Of a DNA stretch of 20,000 bases, positions 1 through 10,952 are shown piece after piece; position 1 is the stretch's first letter; each line of letters opens with the position of its first letter. Origin of the DNA: Lama guanicoe (taxonomy: Eukaryota); NCBI GenBank assembly GCA_013239625.1, contig MU056050.1:7662935-7682934 (forward strand). Direction: 5' to 3'. Made by a program: the position numbers and the translations under genes. The notes beneath the pieces were generated by a model, which saw nothing but the letters and a program-made list of their open reading frames with translations, was not told the origin of the DNA and made no database searches.

Positions 1-132
1 CCTATGACTCCCCACTACCTACAAACTGAAGCTTTTATTTCATAGTAAAGCATATAAGACCCTTCATAATATGAGCCTAGTCTGGTGTATTGATCTATTT
101 TTTTCCCAACTCCCCATTAAAAACTCTGTACT

Positions 133-243
133 CAAAGCTGGAACTAGAGTGAGGTACCTACGGTATGAACCTAAAAGCAAGTGCCTCCTTACAGTTTTTT
201 GTGCCTTAGGTGCTTCACTCAGCTTATCTGAGTCCCAATCCTG
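133..243. mobile_element. MER96-like hAT MITE remnant (internally deleted)
   Basis: Left end caaagctggaactagagtgagg and right end ...gtgcctccttacagttttttgtgccttaggtgcttcactcagcttatctgagtcccaatcctg are imperfect inverted repeats resembling the recalled MER96 consensus (CAGGGCCGGGACTAGGGTGAGG...CCTCACCCTAGTCCCGGCCCTG). No clear 8-bp TSD. Confidence 0.55.
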
Positions 244-364
244 CTTATTTTGGGGCCATACAAGTTGGGCTCTCTGCCCCCAAACACATGATGTGCCTTT
301 GCAGTGTTTCCTTTGTTTTCACTATCTTTCCTCTCTCATAATTAAAGACAATTCCAAAAATGTT

Positions 365-650
365 TACTTATGTTTATTTTACTCACACCTCACTAGAGCG
401 TAAGCTCCAAGAGAGTAAGGGTCATGTCTGTGTTGCTCACTGTTGTATCTCCAGCAATTAGGAAAAGGAAGGATAAAACAATTCCATTTCAAAAGCCACT
501 TCCTCCATGGAATCTTCCCCGACTCTTCTGTCCCTCTGAAAATTCAATTGCTCTTCCTTTTATGCTCACACAAGTCTCCAAGGATATAACTCAGTTTTAG
601 CTTTATCACACTGTAAGATATTTACACTAAATATCTCCCTTTTACTACAT
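365..650 (+). mobile_element. LINE-2 3' fragments
   Basis: cactagagcgtaagctccaagagagtaagggtcatgtctgtgttgctcactgttgtatctccagca matches the L2 3'-end motif. ccacttcctccatggaatcttccc...tttatcacactgtaa is a further L2-like block. Confidence 0.6.
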
Positions 651-659
651 ATATTGAAA

Positions 660-1785
660 TAAATATTTTGATGTTAGAGCAGTTTTAAATTCACAGAATC
701 ATTGCTAAGATAGTACAGAATTTTCAAATACTTCACACCCAGCTTCTCCTGTTATTAACATCTTACATTAATATGGTACATTTTACACAATTAATTGACT
801 AATATTGATACACTATTATTAAAGTTCTTACTTTGCTCAGATTTCCTCAGTTTTTACCTAATGTCTCTTTTTTGTTCCACAAGATTCCATCCAGGATACC
901 ATATTATAGTCAGATGGCACATCTTTTTAGGCTCCTCTGGGTTGTGATAGTTTTTCAGAATTCCCTCATTTTGGTTACCTTGATAGTTTTAAGGTTTACT
1001 GGTCAGATGTTTTGTACAATGGATTTCATTTTTCTCTGACTTTTTTCCCTCATGATTAGACTGGAGTAACATGTTTTTGGAAGGAACACCTCAGAGGTAA
1101 AATGCCATACTCATCATATCATATCAAATGTATATTATAAATATATATTAACCTTGGTTACCTGGTTTGAAGTAATGCTTGTCAAGTTCTGCACTGTAAA
1201 GTTTCCCTTTTCCCCTCTTTTCATACTGTCTCCTTTGGAAGACAGTCACTATGCAGAGTCCATACTTAGAGAGTGGGAAGTCATGCTTCACCTCCTTAAA
1301 GGTAGAGCATCTGTATAAGTAATTTGGAATTCTTCTCACCTGAGATTTGTGTATTCTTCTCACTTATTTATTTAGTAACTTACATCAGCACTTATTTATA
1401 TCAAAAGTTTTATGTTTTGGATTACAGGCTTATACTATTTTGTTTATTTTGCTGCCCAAATTGCTTCAGCCTAGGTCACTGAGAGCTACTTCAGTTGGCT
1501 CCTGTATGTTTTTTCACATAGTCCTATTTTATTTTTAGCACTTTCTTATTCCTGGCATTACAAGATACTCCAAAGTAATCTTGTATAATTACTGTTCCAG
1601 TGGTAGAAACAGCCATTTCTTCAAGGAGTCCCAGTTTCTTTTATTGGAGAATGGTGTTAGAAACCAAGATCTGGGTGCAAGATGTGTTTCTTGATTGTGT
1701 CATTGCTTCTAGGGCTTCTCAGATGGCAGAGCAAGGAGATATAAGTGTGCATATTTAATGTATATATATTTATCTATAAATATTT
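660..1785 (-). mobile_element. Old L1 (L1MC-like) 3' UTR
   Basis: ttagagcagttttaaattcacagaa...cttcacacccagcttctcctgttattaacatcttacatt...ccatccaggatacc...cagccatttcttcaaggagtcccagtttcttttattggagaatggtgttagaaaccaagatctgggtg resembles the antisense L1MC3/4-type 3' UTR. Confidence 0.75.
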
Positions 1786-2555
1786 CTTTTTCATTGAGAT
1801 ATAAGTGACATATAAGTGTATAAATTAAGGCGTACAGCATGTTGATTTAATACACTTATATATTACAATATGGTTAGCACTGTAACTTATTTAATATGTC
1901 CATCACATCATGCAATTATCATTTCTTTTTTTCTGGTGAGAACATTTAAGATTTAGTCTCTTAGTAGCTTTAAAGTATATAATACACTGTTGGTAACTAT
2001 AATCACAATGCTGTGCATTAGATCCCCAGAAATTATTCATCTATTTGCAAATGTATGCCCTTTGGCCAATATCTTTCCAACTCTCCCAACCTCAGGCCCT
2101 CATAACTACCGTTCTACTGTTTCCATGAATTTGGCTTTTTTAGATTCCACATGAGTGATCTAATACAGTATTTTTTCTTTCTGTGTCTGATTTATCTTTT
2201 TGAGCTAGTGTTTTAGTTTTCTCCAGATAAAAACCTAGAAGTGGAATTGCTGGGTCTTATGGTAGCTCTATTTTTGATTTTTTTGAGCAACTTCCATACT
2301 GTTTTCCATAGTGGCTGCACCAACTTACATTCCCAGCAACAGTGCACAAGGGTTCCCTTTTCTCAACATCTTCACCAACACTTGTTATTTCTGATCTTTT
2401 TGGTAATAGTCATTTGAATAGGCATGAGGTGATATCTCTGTGGTTTTGATTTGCATTTCCCTGACAATCAGTGATGTTGAGCACCTTTTCACGTACCTAT
2501 TGACTATTTGTATATATTCTTTGGAAAAATGTCTATTCAGTTCCTCTGCCCATTA
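1786..2555 (-). mobile_element. L1MA9-like 3' end plus ORF2 C-terminal fragment
   Basis: Antisense 3' UTR (ttgagatataagtgacatat...gtgagaacatttaagat...ttagattccacat) followed by antisense ORF2 end (agaagtggaattgctggg...ccatactgttttccatagtggctgcaccaacttacattccc...ggaaaaatgtctattcag). Confidence 0.85.
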
Positions 2556-2569
2556 TTAAAATGTATTTT

Positions 2570-2945
2570 CCAACTTTTGAGATATAATTGACACATAACA
2601 TTGTGTAAGTTTAAAGTGTACACTGTGTTGATTGGATACACTTATACTATTACCATCATAGTATTAGTTACCACCTCCATTCTATCTTGTAGTTGACATT
2701 TCCTTTTTGTAGTAAGAACATTTAAGATCTACTCTCCCAGCAACATTAAAGTATATGATAGAGTGTTATTAGCTATAGTCACCATGTTGTTAATCTTACA
2801 GCTAGAAGTCTGTACCCTTTGAGAGATACCTTGTTATTTCTATTGCTCCCAACCCCTGGTAACCACCACTCTACTCTTAGTTTCTCTTGGTAACCACCAC
2901 TCTACTCTTAGTTTCTCTGAGTTTTCTCTTTTTAGATTCCATATT
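2570..2945 (-). mobile_element. Second L1MA9-like 3' end
   Basis: ttttgagatataattgacacataacattgtgtaagtttaaagtgtaca...agaacatttaagatctactctc...ttttagattccatat parallels the copy at 1786-2150 but is clearly diverged from it. Confidence 0.8.
2857..2918. repeat. Perfect 31-bp direct tandem duplication
   Basis: tggtaaccaccactctactcttagtttctct occurs at 2857-2887 and again at 2888-2918, identical. Confidence 0.97.
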
Positions 2946-3101
2946 CTCATTGTGGGTAAAAATGGAAAATGATACAACTTCTTTTGAAGACAGTATGGCA
3001 GTCTCTTACAAAGCTAAGCAAAATATTACTATATGATCCAGCAACCATGCTCTAAGGTATTTACTCAACTAATCTGAAAAGCTATGTCTACACAAACTTG
3101 T
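2946..3101 (+). mobile_element. Old L1 (L1MC/MD-like) ORF2 3' fragment
   Basis: tttgaagacagtatggcagtctcttacaaagctaag...atatgatccagcaaccatgctctaaggtatttactcaa...tatgtctacacaaa matches the sense L1M ORF2 C-terminal region. Confidence 0.7.
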
Positions 3102-3104
3102 AGT

Positions 3105-5780
3105 CGTGGTAATCTATATTATGACTCCATTTAATTCATCTTGCAAAAATTAAATGCACCTTGGGAGATGATGAAATGACATAAACTTAACAAGCAATAG
3201 GCCCTATTAGAGCTTCTATACCAGATATGGTATTCTTACTATAACAGATTGTCACCAATATATCCTCTGACATTTGGTATGTGACTTTGATACAGCCAAA
3301 TGATTTGTTTCAAAATTAATCAGAAAGAAGGATGAGAAGTTATTCATATTCACTTGGATAGACAGCAGCATATATTAATGGTTCTCACCCAGGTCTATTT
3401 TAACTCTCCTGCTCTTTGTCGAAATATTCCCAAGAGAATTTGATATTCTGTAAACTCTATAGGATCTCATGCTAGTTCACTATATTAATAACATCAATTT
3501 ATTTGGCTCTGATAAAGAGGAGGTGGCAAATATTCTACTCCAGAAGGTGGTAGATAAATCTTATAATGACAGAGAGACTTGTCATATTGGTGAATTTTTA
3601 AAAGATCAAGTTAGGGGGAGGGTATAGCTCAGTGGTAGAGCACATGTTTAGCAAGCAGGAGGCCCTGGGTTTAATCCCCTGTACCTCCATTTAAAAAAAA
3701 TGTAATTACCTACCCACCCAAACAAACAAATAAGAAGATCAAGCTTATCTGGTTCATGCAGGCATGCCATGAAGAGGACATGTTATTGTACCTTGCATCT
3801 CTTACTACTGAGAAAGTACCAAGATGGTAGACCTTTTTGGATTTTGGAGACTATATATACTGTAATTGGGAATATTTATGAGATGACTTTCAAATCTTCC
3901 AGTTTTAAGTTGAAGTAAAAGGAAGAAAGGCATTGAGGAAGGACTGACTATAGTACAAGTGGCACTGCTCGTTGGAAAAATTTCACCTGACAGATTCCAT
4001 GGTGCTAGAGATGTTTGTGGTAGTTGAAGATACCATGCAGAGTCTCTGGTGAACCTGAAAAGTAAAGGTGAAGCACAGACCTATAGGGTCCTGAAGCAAG
4101 TCCACGTTGTCTGCCACAGAGAAATATATACCATTCAGAAAGAATGTGTTACTGGGTCCTGGTAGTGAATGAATGAGTATCTGTCCATGGGACATTAGCT
4201 GACTATACAGATAAGACTTCTCTCATGAACTTGGTTCTGGCAGACCTACCAGGTCATAAGATTTGGCTATCACAGTAGCAATCTATAGTGTGATAGAAGT
4301 AGTACATTTGGAATTAGATTTGATTATATCCAGATGGCATGAGTTAGTTAAATGAAACAGTGGCCCAGTACCTATTTTTGCAATAAGGACTCTTTTCCAG
4401 CTCACATCCATGACCTCATGAGGCATTCTTTATGACTTGTTGACAGAGGAGAAAAAAACAGGGTCTGGTTCCTGTGTTGATATGAGCCAAAAATGAATGA
4501 CAGCTTCATTACAAACCCACTCAGAGGCATCTCTGAAATACAGTAGTAGGGAAAAATCCTTCAGATGTATAGAGCTGATCAATCATCCACTTTGGATGAA
4601 GACATAAATAAGCATATATGTGGACAGTAGTGATTAGTTTGACTGGTTGGTCAAGGTGTTGGGAGAAGCAAGATTGAAAGATCAAGGCAAATGGAATAGC
4701 ATGTGGATAGACCCATAGGAGTCCACAGAATGTGAGGATTTTTATGTCTCACAGTAATGCCCATGCGAGAATATTCACTGCAAAAGAAGCACCACTAAAC
4801 AAGTCAACAGGATGACTTGTTAAGTAGATGTCAGCCAGCCCATGTGTTTGTTACACCAGCACCTGCACAATCTACCTGTGAATGGATTAATCATGATATG
4901 AGAGATAGAGACTAGATATTGGACCAACAACATGGGCTTTCTCTTACCAAGACTGGTTAGCTACTACCACTTGGTATCTTGAGTAAATATCTTCCTGGTT
5001 TTCAGTACCAGAGGCCAATGCTAAACCCTCAATATGGTACTGTCCCTTGAAGAGACAAATCAGACATTTGGTGGTACATCTTGCACTGTAAAAGGCAAAG
5101 ATTTATTATACCTTTGATTTACTTGTATTCTGAGTAAGGACTTGCGTTTCCTGCTTGTTGTGCTTCAGCCAACTCTACTATTTGAGTTCTTATAGAAAGC
5201 TGATTTACCAACATGAGGTCCTGCATACTATTACCTTGCATTAATGAATTATCTTCATGACAAAAGAGACATGACAATGGATGTATGACCATGAGGTCCA
5301 CTGGTTATACCTTATGCCTCATTACCCAGAAACTGTCAGTGTAATAGAATACTGGCATGGTCCCTTGAATGTTCAGATAAGGCAATATTTTGGATATGAT
5401 GCCTATGATTTGGGGTCTCTGTCCTTTAATGAAGCAGTCTATATCTTGAAACAACAGTCATTATTTGGTGTTCTATCTCCAATAGGTAGAATACATAGAT
5501 TTGGGGGAAAATGGATAGAAGAAGGAATGGCCCCACTCACCATCATTCCCAGTGACCTACTTGAAAACTTTAAGTTCTATGGTTCTAGATGCCCTAATTT
5601 CCAGAGGGTAGATGCTTCCACCAGGGGATTCTGTAAGATTCCTACTAAACTTAAAGCAATGACTGCCACCTGGTAATTTTGAGTTTCTTATGCCAGTAGA
5701 ATAGCAGGTAAAGAAAGGGATGACATATTGGAAAAGCTAACTGACTTTGACCATCATGAGTAGGTGGAATTGTTACTCCT
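3105..5780 (+). mobile_element. ERV-L (class III endogenous retrovirus) internal pol fossil: RT, integrase, dUTPase; many stops and frameshifts
   Basis: RT remnants NSPALC (~3402) and LVHYINNI (3472-3495, decayed LVHYIDDI). The 5281-5676 ORF HEVHWLYLMPHYPETVSVIEYWHGPL...AVYILKQQSLFGVLSPIGRIH...GMAPLTIIPSDLL resembles ERV-L integrase (HGIHWSYHVPHHPEAAGLIERWNGLL...AVYALNQRPIYGAVSPIARIH...VAPLTITPSDPL). From ~5612 an alternate frame gives MLPPGD...LNLKQ*LPPGNFEFLMP, dUTPase-like. No LTRs recognised. Confidence 0.88.
3614..3734 (+). mobile_element. tRNA-derived SINE (camelid Vic-1-like) inserted in the ERV-L RT region
   Basis: Head gggggagggtatagctcagtggtagagc (A box), decayed B box gggtttaatccc, A-rich tail. 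Flanked by a TSD: aagatcaagtta (3602-3613) and aagatcaagctta (3735-3747). Confidence 0.88.
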
Positions 5781-6097
5781 ATACCCATTTTTAACTGTGA
5801 ATGGGCAATGGATCTGGAAGGAAGTGGCTGGAGAACAGGGAGTCATCTTTCTGCCATGGCCAGCATCCCAGAGATCTTGAGCTCATCAGAATTTATTCTA
5901 CCTCCATAGCAATGGGCTTACATTGTGGAGGAAGGGAGGTTATCCTCAAGGTGATCTGGACTCATTTGCCATCTCCAGAAAGCACCACCACGAAATATTT
6001 CCAATCATTACAAGGCTTGCAGATTGGCTCTGCTCTAAGGGAAGGAAATGTGTTCATTAATTATGGGCCAAGAGGGAATATGAAAGTTGGGCTTTGA

Positions 6098-6747
6098 CCA
6101 TATGACCCAGGAATCCCCCTCCTGGGCTTGTATCCAGAAGGAAATCTACTTCAGGATGACACCTGCACCCCAGTGTTCATAGCAGCACTATTTACAATAG
6201 CCAAGACATGGAAACAGCCTAAATGTCCATCAACAGGTGACTGGATAAAGAAGAAGTGGTATATTTATACAATGGAATACTACTCAGCCATAAAAGCCGA
6301 CAACATAATGCCATTTGCAGCAACATGGATGTTCCTGGAGAATGTCATTCTAAGCGAAGTAAGCCAGAAAGAGAAAGAAAAATACCATATGAGATCGCTC
6401 ATATGTGGAATCTAAAAAACAAACAAACAAACAAACAAACAAAAACAAAGCATAAATACAGGACAGAAATAGACTCATAGACAGAGAATACAGACTTGTG
6501 GTTGACAGGGGGGCAGAGGGTGGGAAAGGAAAGACTAGGATTTCAAAATTGTAGAATAGATAAGCAAGATTATACTGTATAGCACAGGGAAATATACACA
6601 AAACGTTATGGTAGCTCACAGAGAAAAAATGTGACAATGAGTGTGTATATGTCCATGTATGACTGAAAAATTGTGCTGAACACTGGAATTTGACACAACA
6701 TTGTAAAATGATTATAAATCAATAAAAAATGTTAAAAGAAAAAAAAA
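6098..6747 (+). mobile_element. Young 5'-truncated L1 (ORF2 C-terminus, 3' UTR, polyA), lineage-specific
   Basis: Open ORF2p C-terminus to 6415 (CTPVFIAALFTIAKTWKQPKCPS...WYIYTMEYYSAIK...LSEVSQKEKEKYHM), aataaa at 6721 and an A tail. 16-bp TSD: gaaagttgggctttga (6082-6097) and gaaagttgggctctga (6748-6763), one mismatch. Confidence 0.95.
6417..6448. repeat. (AAAC)n microsatellite in the L1 3' UTR
   Basis: aaacaaacaaacaaacaaacaaac seen directly after the ORF2 stop. Confidence 0.9.
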
Positions 6748-7029
6748 GAAAGTTGGGCTCTGAATGCCAGGAAATAGTGCCATGTGGGAGTGGAGAGCTT
6801 GTCTAAAAGCTAAATTGAAGGAACTGTTCAGTGCTGACTGAAATGGCCACTTCTGGGGCTTGTGAGAATTTAACTTTGTCAGCAAGAAGAAGGATCAACT
6901 TGATATATCATAGGACTTTTTCAAGGCTCCATTATGAAACTGGATTCTTTTTTTGGAATTTTCCTTTTTCTATGCTCTATTAATTGACACCTAGTATTCC
7001 TCACATTGTCCTATATTTGTTCAAAATTC

Positions 7030-7440
7030 CTTATGTGCTGATTTCCTACAGTGTGCCAGGTTTGAGTAGTGGTGGGATTGGGGGAGTGAGACTGAGGGCT
7101 AGGGTAAGATACAAGGTTGAGTTAGCCATGGCACTTACCCCCGAGGAGCTTAAAATCTAGCAAGGGAGACAGAACTTTGATCAAAAACAGTATAAAAGTG
7201 CTAGAGCAGAAGTCTGAACACAGCATCATAGGACTCCAAGGGAATAAGAAGCTGTTTAGCTGCCTCGAGATCAGGGAAGGCTTAACAAAGGAGAGGACAC
7301 TTGAGCAGAGACTTGATTGATAAGTAGGCACTTGCTAGGTTGAGAAGAAGAGAAAGATCATTCTTGGCAGAGAGAACAGAGTGTCCAAAGACACAAAAGT
7401 AAGAAATATGGCTATATTTTTTGGAATGGTAAGTGAGACT
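7030..7440 (-). mobile_element. LINE-2 fragment
   Basis: cctacagtgtgccagg...gaggagcttaaaatctagcaagggagacag...tcagggaaggctt...attcttggcagagagaacagagtgtccaaagacaca is typical antisense L2. Confidence 0.7.
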
Positions 7441-7449
7441 TTGTAGGAA

Positions 7450-7600
7450 TTTGATCCATTACAAAGTTGTTCAGGCTGTTCTCTGTATAAGGGTGCCTAG
7501 CCAAGAGGTCATATAGGTGCCAATCCCTAGGTTACATTCTGCTTATCAACTCAGAACTTCTGGTAAGAAGCTGTGTATTTCTAGAGAAAGGGGTTTTATC
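7450..7600 (+). mobile_element. MER91-like hAT MITE remnant
   Basis: agttgttcaggctgttctctgtataagggtgcctagccaagagg resembles recalled MER91A agttgtgcaggttgtgcactgcacaagggcgcccggccgagggg. Confidence 0.4.
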
Positions 7601-8334
7601 CTACAAGTTTTTTATTATCAGAGAACCCAGTCCCTCCATAATTTTCCATCTGCCTTAGAGCTTCATCTCAGAGTACTATGGGGAATGACCACCAAGATGT
7701 TCTCAGACTCAAATCAGGTTACAGTAGCCAACTTTTCTTGTGAATCCTTGCCGAGACCTAGGGTTGATGGTCCTTGTTTTTTTCTTGAAACCCTGACACA
7801 TTCTGGGGAAGAACAAACTTGAGATGTTCTCTTTGGGAGGTCACTTGTGGCTTTGGAGAGCAGGGTGCCTAAGAAGTGCAGGGTGACTCAAGGGAGCCAA
7901 GGAAGGGGCAGGCAGAGAGGCAGTTGGTAGCTAACACAAAGAAAAACTAATGCCACCCATGGTACCTAAATGCATTTGGTACTCAGTTAGACTCAAACAG
8001 CCATACCTATTTCCTCCCTTTCAGGGGAAAAAAGGAAAAAGAGGCAAAACTAGATGCTGATGATCTATCTCTCAATATCTAGAGCTGTCAGTCAGAAAAT
8101 AAGCCCCAGTGGCAGTGGAAAACCAACTCCTGCTTTCCCTTACCCACCCTACCATTTTTCTGGCTGTTACCTGGGTTACCCTATCAGTATTGGGGCTGGC
8201 TGCCAGCCTCTTTTGCTTACTGTTGCCACTGTCTCCCTCTGCCCCAGAGGTCACAACTAGTTATTGGTCTTTCACCACCAGTGCCCTTGACTTGGAGACA
8301 AGGTGACTTTGTGGCTTAGTACTCAATATCCCAA

Positions 8335-8518
8335 CTACTATGACCTTGATCAGTTCACTTATCAACATGAAGTATGTTTCATCATCTCTAAAACAGTAAT
8401 AATGTAATAATAATAATAATATCTATCTCAGTTGTTTGTGAGAATTAATTGAGATTGTTCTGGGTAAAACACCTAACACAGTGCCTGGTATATAGTACAA
8501 ACTCACTAAACATTATTG
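8335..8518 (+). mobile_element. MIR SINE
   Basis: tgaccttgatcagttcactta...tttcatcatctctaaaa...gtgagaattaattgagat...cacagtgcctggtatatagtacaaactcactaaacattatt is the MIR core and tail. Confidence 0.75.
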
Positions 8519-8654
8519 ATTGGCATCTATCTCACACAGATGCACTTCAGTCACACAGTAAGAGACTGAATAGGGACTTGAGCTAATGTTTTATGACTTG
8601 GTCCAATGTATAAGTTCATGGGTCTCCACTTATTTTAGAAGGGAATTTTGAGTT

Positions 8655-9503
8655 CCTTTTCAACATACCTTCTGAGTATTTACTATGTGCAAGGTACTGG
8701 GGCTCAGCGCTGGAGATACTAATATTAATAAGACATTATTCCTGTCATTGACAAGTTAATTATCTCATGGCAGAAAGTGATGGCTAAATGGGCTATTACA
8801 ATACAAGGAGATAATGTGTTATCAGTGGATGCAAAACTTTATGGAAGCACACACAAAAAACAATTGGTTCAAAGTGGAAATAAAAGGGAAAATTCCTACA
8901 AAAGATATCACTTTAGGTGAGTCTTGTCAGATGAGTGAGAGTGGTCTTATGAAAGGGAGAGGTATAAGTGTATAACTGGTGAGGGTTGTGAGCAGGGTTC
9001 AAGACCAGGCTAAGGTGGTACAGCAATTAAGATCCTAGTGGGGAGAATACCTTAGAACTGAAGCATGAAAAATGAGACAGGGGAGTTAGGCAGAGGCCAG
9101 GTCATAAGACTTTGTAGACACCAGGTTATGAAACTTTTTCCTGAGAACAATGGGGAGACTTGATTGGTTGTAAATAAGAGAGTGATGTAAATATGATATT
9201 TAGATATGATACATTGGATATGATTTTTAAAAAGACTCAGCTGGGGACACCAGATAAGAGGTTATTGTAGTAGTCAAGGTTAAAGATGATGTTGGCTTAT
9301 ACCAAGGTAGTACTAGTAGAAATGGAAAATATATATCTGATACAAGATATATTCAGGAGATCGAATGGGCCAGACAGGGCACGGCTTACTGATGGATTGG
9401 GTATAAGGGGCGAGGAAAAGAGAAATCCAGGGTTACAATAAGGATTTTGGCCTAAGCAACTGACTAAATGTGATGGCATTCAGTAAGACTGGGAACACAG
9501 AAT
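8655..9503 (-). mobile_element. LINE-2 fragment
   Basis: Begins ttcaacataccttctgagtatttactatgtgcaaggtactgg and continues to gaggttattgtagtagtcaagg...gatggattgg...ggattttggcctaagcaactg...gatggcattcagtaagactgggaacacag, antisense L2. Confidence 0.75.
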
Positions 9504-9514
9504 AATTTTTTTTC

Positions 9515-9660
9515 CTATCCTGTCAATTTGCACATGAAGAAATGGAGTCCCTCAGACAGGAAGTAATGTGTACAAGGTTGCACAAAAAATTAGGGGCAAA
9601 TGGGGAAACTGAGCTCATTTTTTAGTTAGTTTTTGCTCAATACTTTTTCTACTGCACCAA
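9515..9660 (-). mobile_element. MIR SINE fragment
   Basis: tttgcacatgaagaaatggag...cagacaggaagtaatgtgtacaaggttgcaca resembles the antisense MIR core. Confidence 0.5.
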
Positions 9661-10240
9661 AAAATTCCTCTGCTGAGCAGTCTTTGTACATTGGTATGAG
9701 ATAAATGAATCAAATTAACATCAAAAGCCCAATATCAAAGCAGGAAGGATAGATGGCTGGGTCATAAATCTACAATTTTGTTGACATGACTCACATTAAA
9801 GAGAATTTATTCACTAGGAATAGATCTTTTTTCTTTTAGCATAGGACTTGAAATGAATGATTTCATATAAAGCAAAACACACTACCCTTGGTATTTAATG
9901 AGAGAAGAATCACAGCTTAGTCTGGAAGAGATGTGGTTTCTGACTATGAAGAAAGGTCTGGCTGATGAGGGAGAGATAGTTTTTATTTTCTAAGGAGTTT
10001 CACTATTCAGGAACCTCCGGTCTAGTAAAGGAAATATTCATTCATCCTAATATGTATCTATTGAGGGCTTATATTCCAGGCATTGTTTTAGGCACTGGGG
10101 ATATGTTAGTGAGCAAAACAGATGTGAATGAGTTAATTGAGCTTACACTTTAGTGGGGGAAACAGACAATACATTTAATACGTAAGTAAAATATATAGTG
10201 TGTTTTATAGAAATAAGTGCTAAGAAAAAATATAAATAGG

Positions 10241-10634
10241 TGTTATGAACAGAATTGTGTCCCTCTCAAAATTCATATGTTGATGTCCCAGCCCACCAGT
10301 GCCTCCAGAATGTGACTGTACTTGGAGAAACGAGCTTCAAAGAGTTAATTAAACTGTTGTCATTAGGGTGGACCCTAATCCAACATGACTGATGTCCTTA
10401 CAAGAAGAGGAAATTTGGACACAGATATGTACAAAGGGAAGAACATGTTAAAACACAAGGAGAAAACGACCATCTATAAGACAAGGAGAGAGGCTTCAGA
10501 AGCAATAAGCCCTGTGTGATCTCAGACTTCTAGCCTTCAGAAGTGTGAGAAAATAAGTTTCTGTTATTTAATCCACTAAGTCTGTGGTCCTTTGTTATGG
10601 CAACCCTAGCAAACTGCAGGGATACATTCATACA
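10241..10634 (+). mobile_element. MLT1B-like solo LTR (ERVL-MaLR)
   Basis: Starts TGTTATGaacagaattgtgtccctctcaaaattcatatgttga, contains cattagggtggaccctaatccaa...agaagaggaaatttggacacaga, and ends tgtgagaaaataagtttctgtt...tttgttatggcaaccctagcaaact...ataca. Confidence 0.92.
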
Positions 10635-10952
10635 ACAGAGAGAAATGATAGGGAGTGCTGGGGTGGGACTAGGTTTGCAATTTCACCTGAAGAAGTAAGG
10701 TGACATTTGAACAAAAAATCTAGAGGAAGTGAAGGAGCATCACACGGGATTATTTGGGGAACGTTGTTCCAGGCAGAGGAGACAGCAAGTGCAAAGACCT
10801 TGAGTTAGGGGTGTGCCTTGTGAGTTTGAGGAATAGCAAGGGAAGCCAGGATGGCTAAAGCAGAGTAAGATCAAAGAGTCAGCAGATGGTGGACCAGATC
10901 TTGTAGGGCCTTTCAGGTTATTAAATGGAATGTTTTTCTGAGTGAAATTTAG

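Noticed and set aside
71..1538. Short ORFs in the first 1.5 kb
   Set aside because: They span MITE, L2 and L1 3' UTR remnants and have no protein-like motifs.
3614..3690. tRNA-like sequence
   Set aside because: Decayed B box, A-rich tail and TSD show it is a SINE head, not a tRNA gene.
6128..6637. Overlapping ORFs of 74-95 aa
   Set aside because: L1 ORF2 C-terminus plus its alternate-frame and antisense shadows.
7880..7900. AP-1 (tgactca) overlapping an O/E-like site (actcaaggga)
   Set aside because: A single short motif expected by chance in 20 kb, with no other support.
8109..8306. 65-aa hydrophobic ORF with a donor-like aag|gtgact near its end
   Set aside because: GTG start, no recognisable homology, and the hydrophobicity is explained by pyrimidine-rich composition. 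No supporting exon partners.
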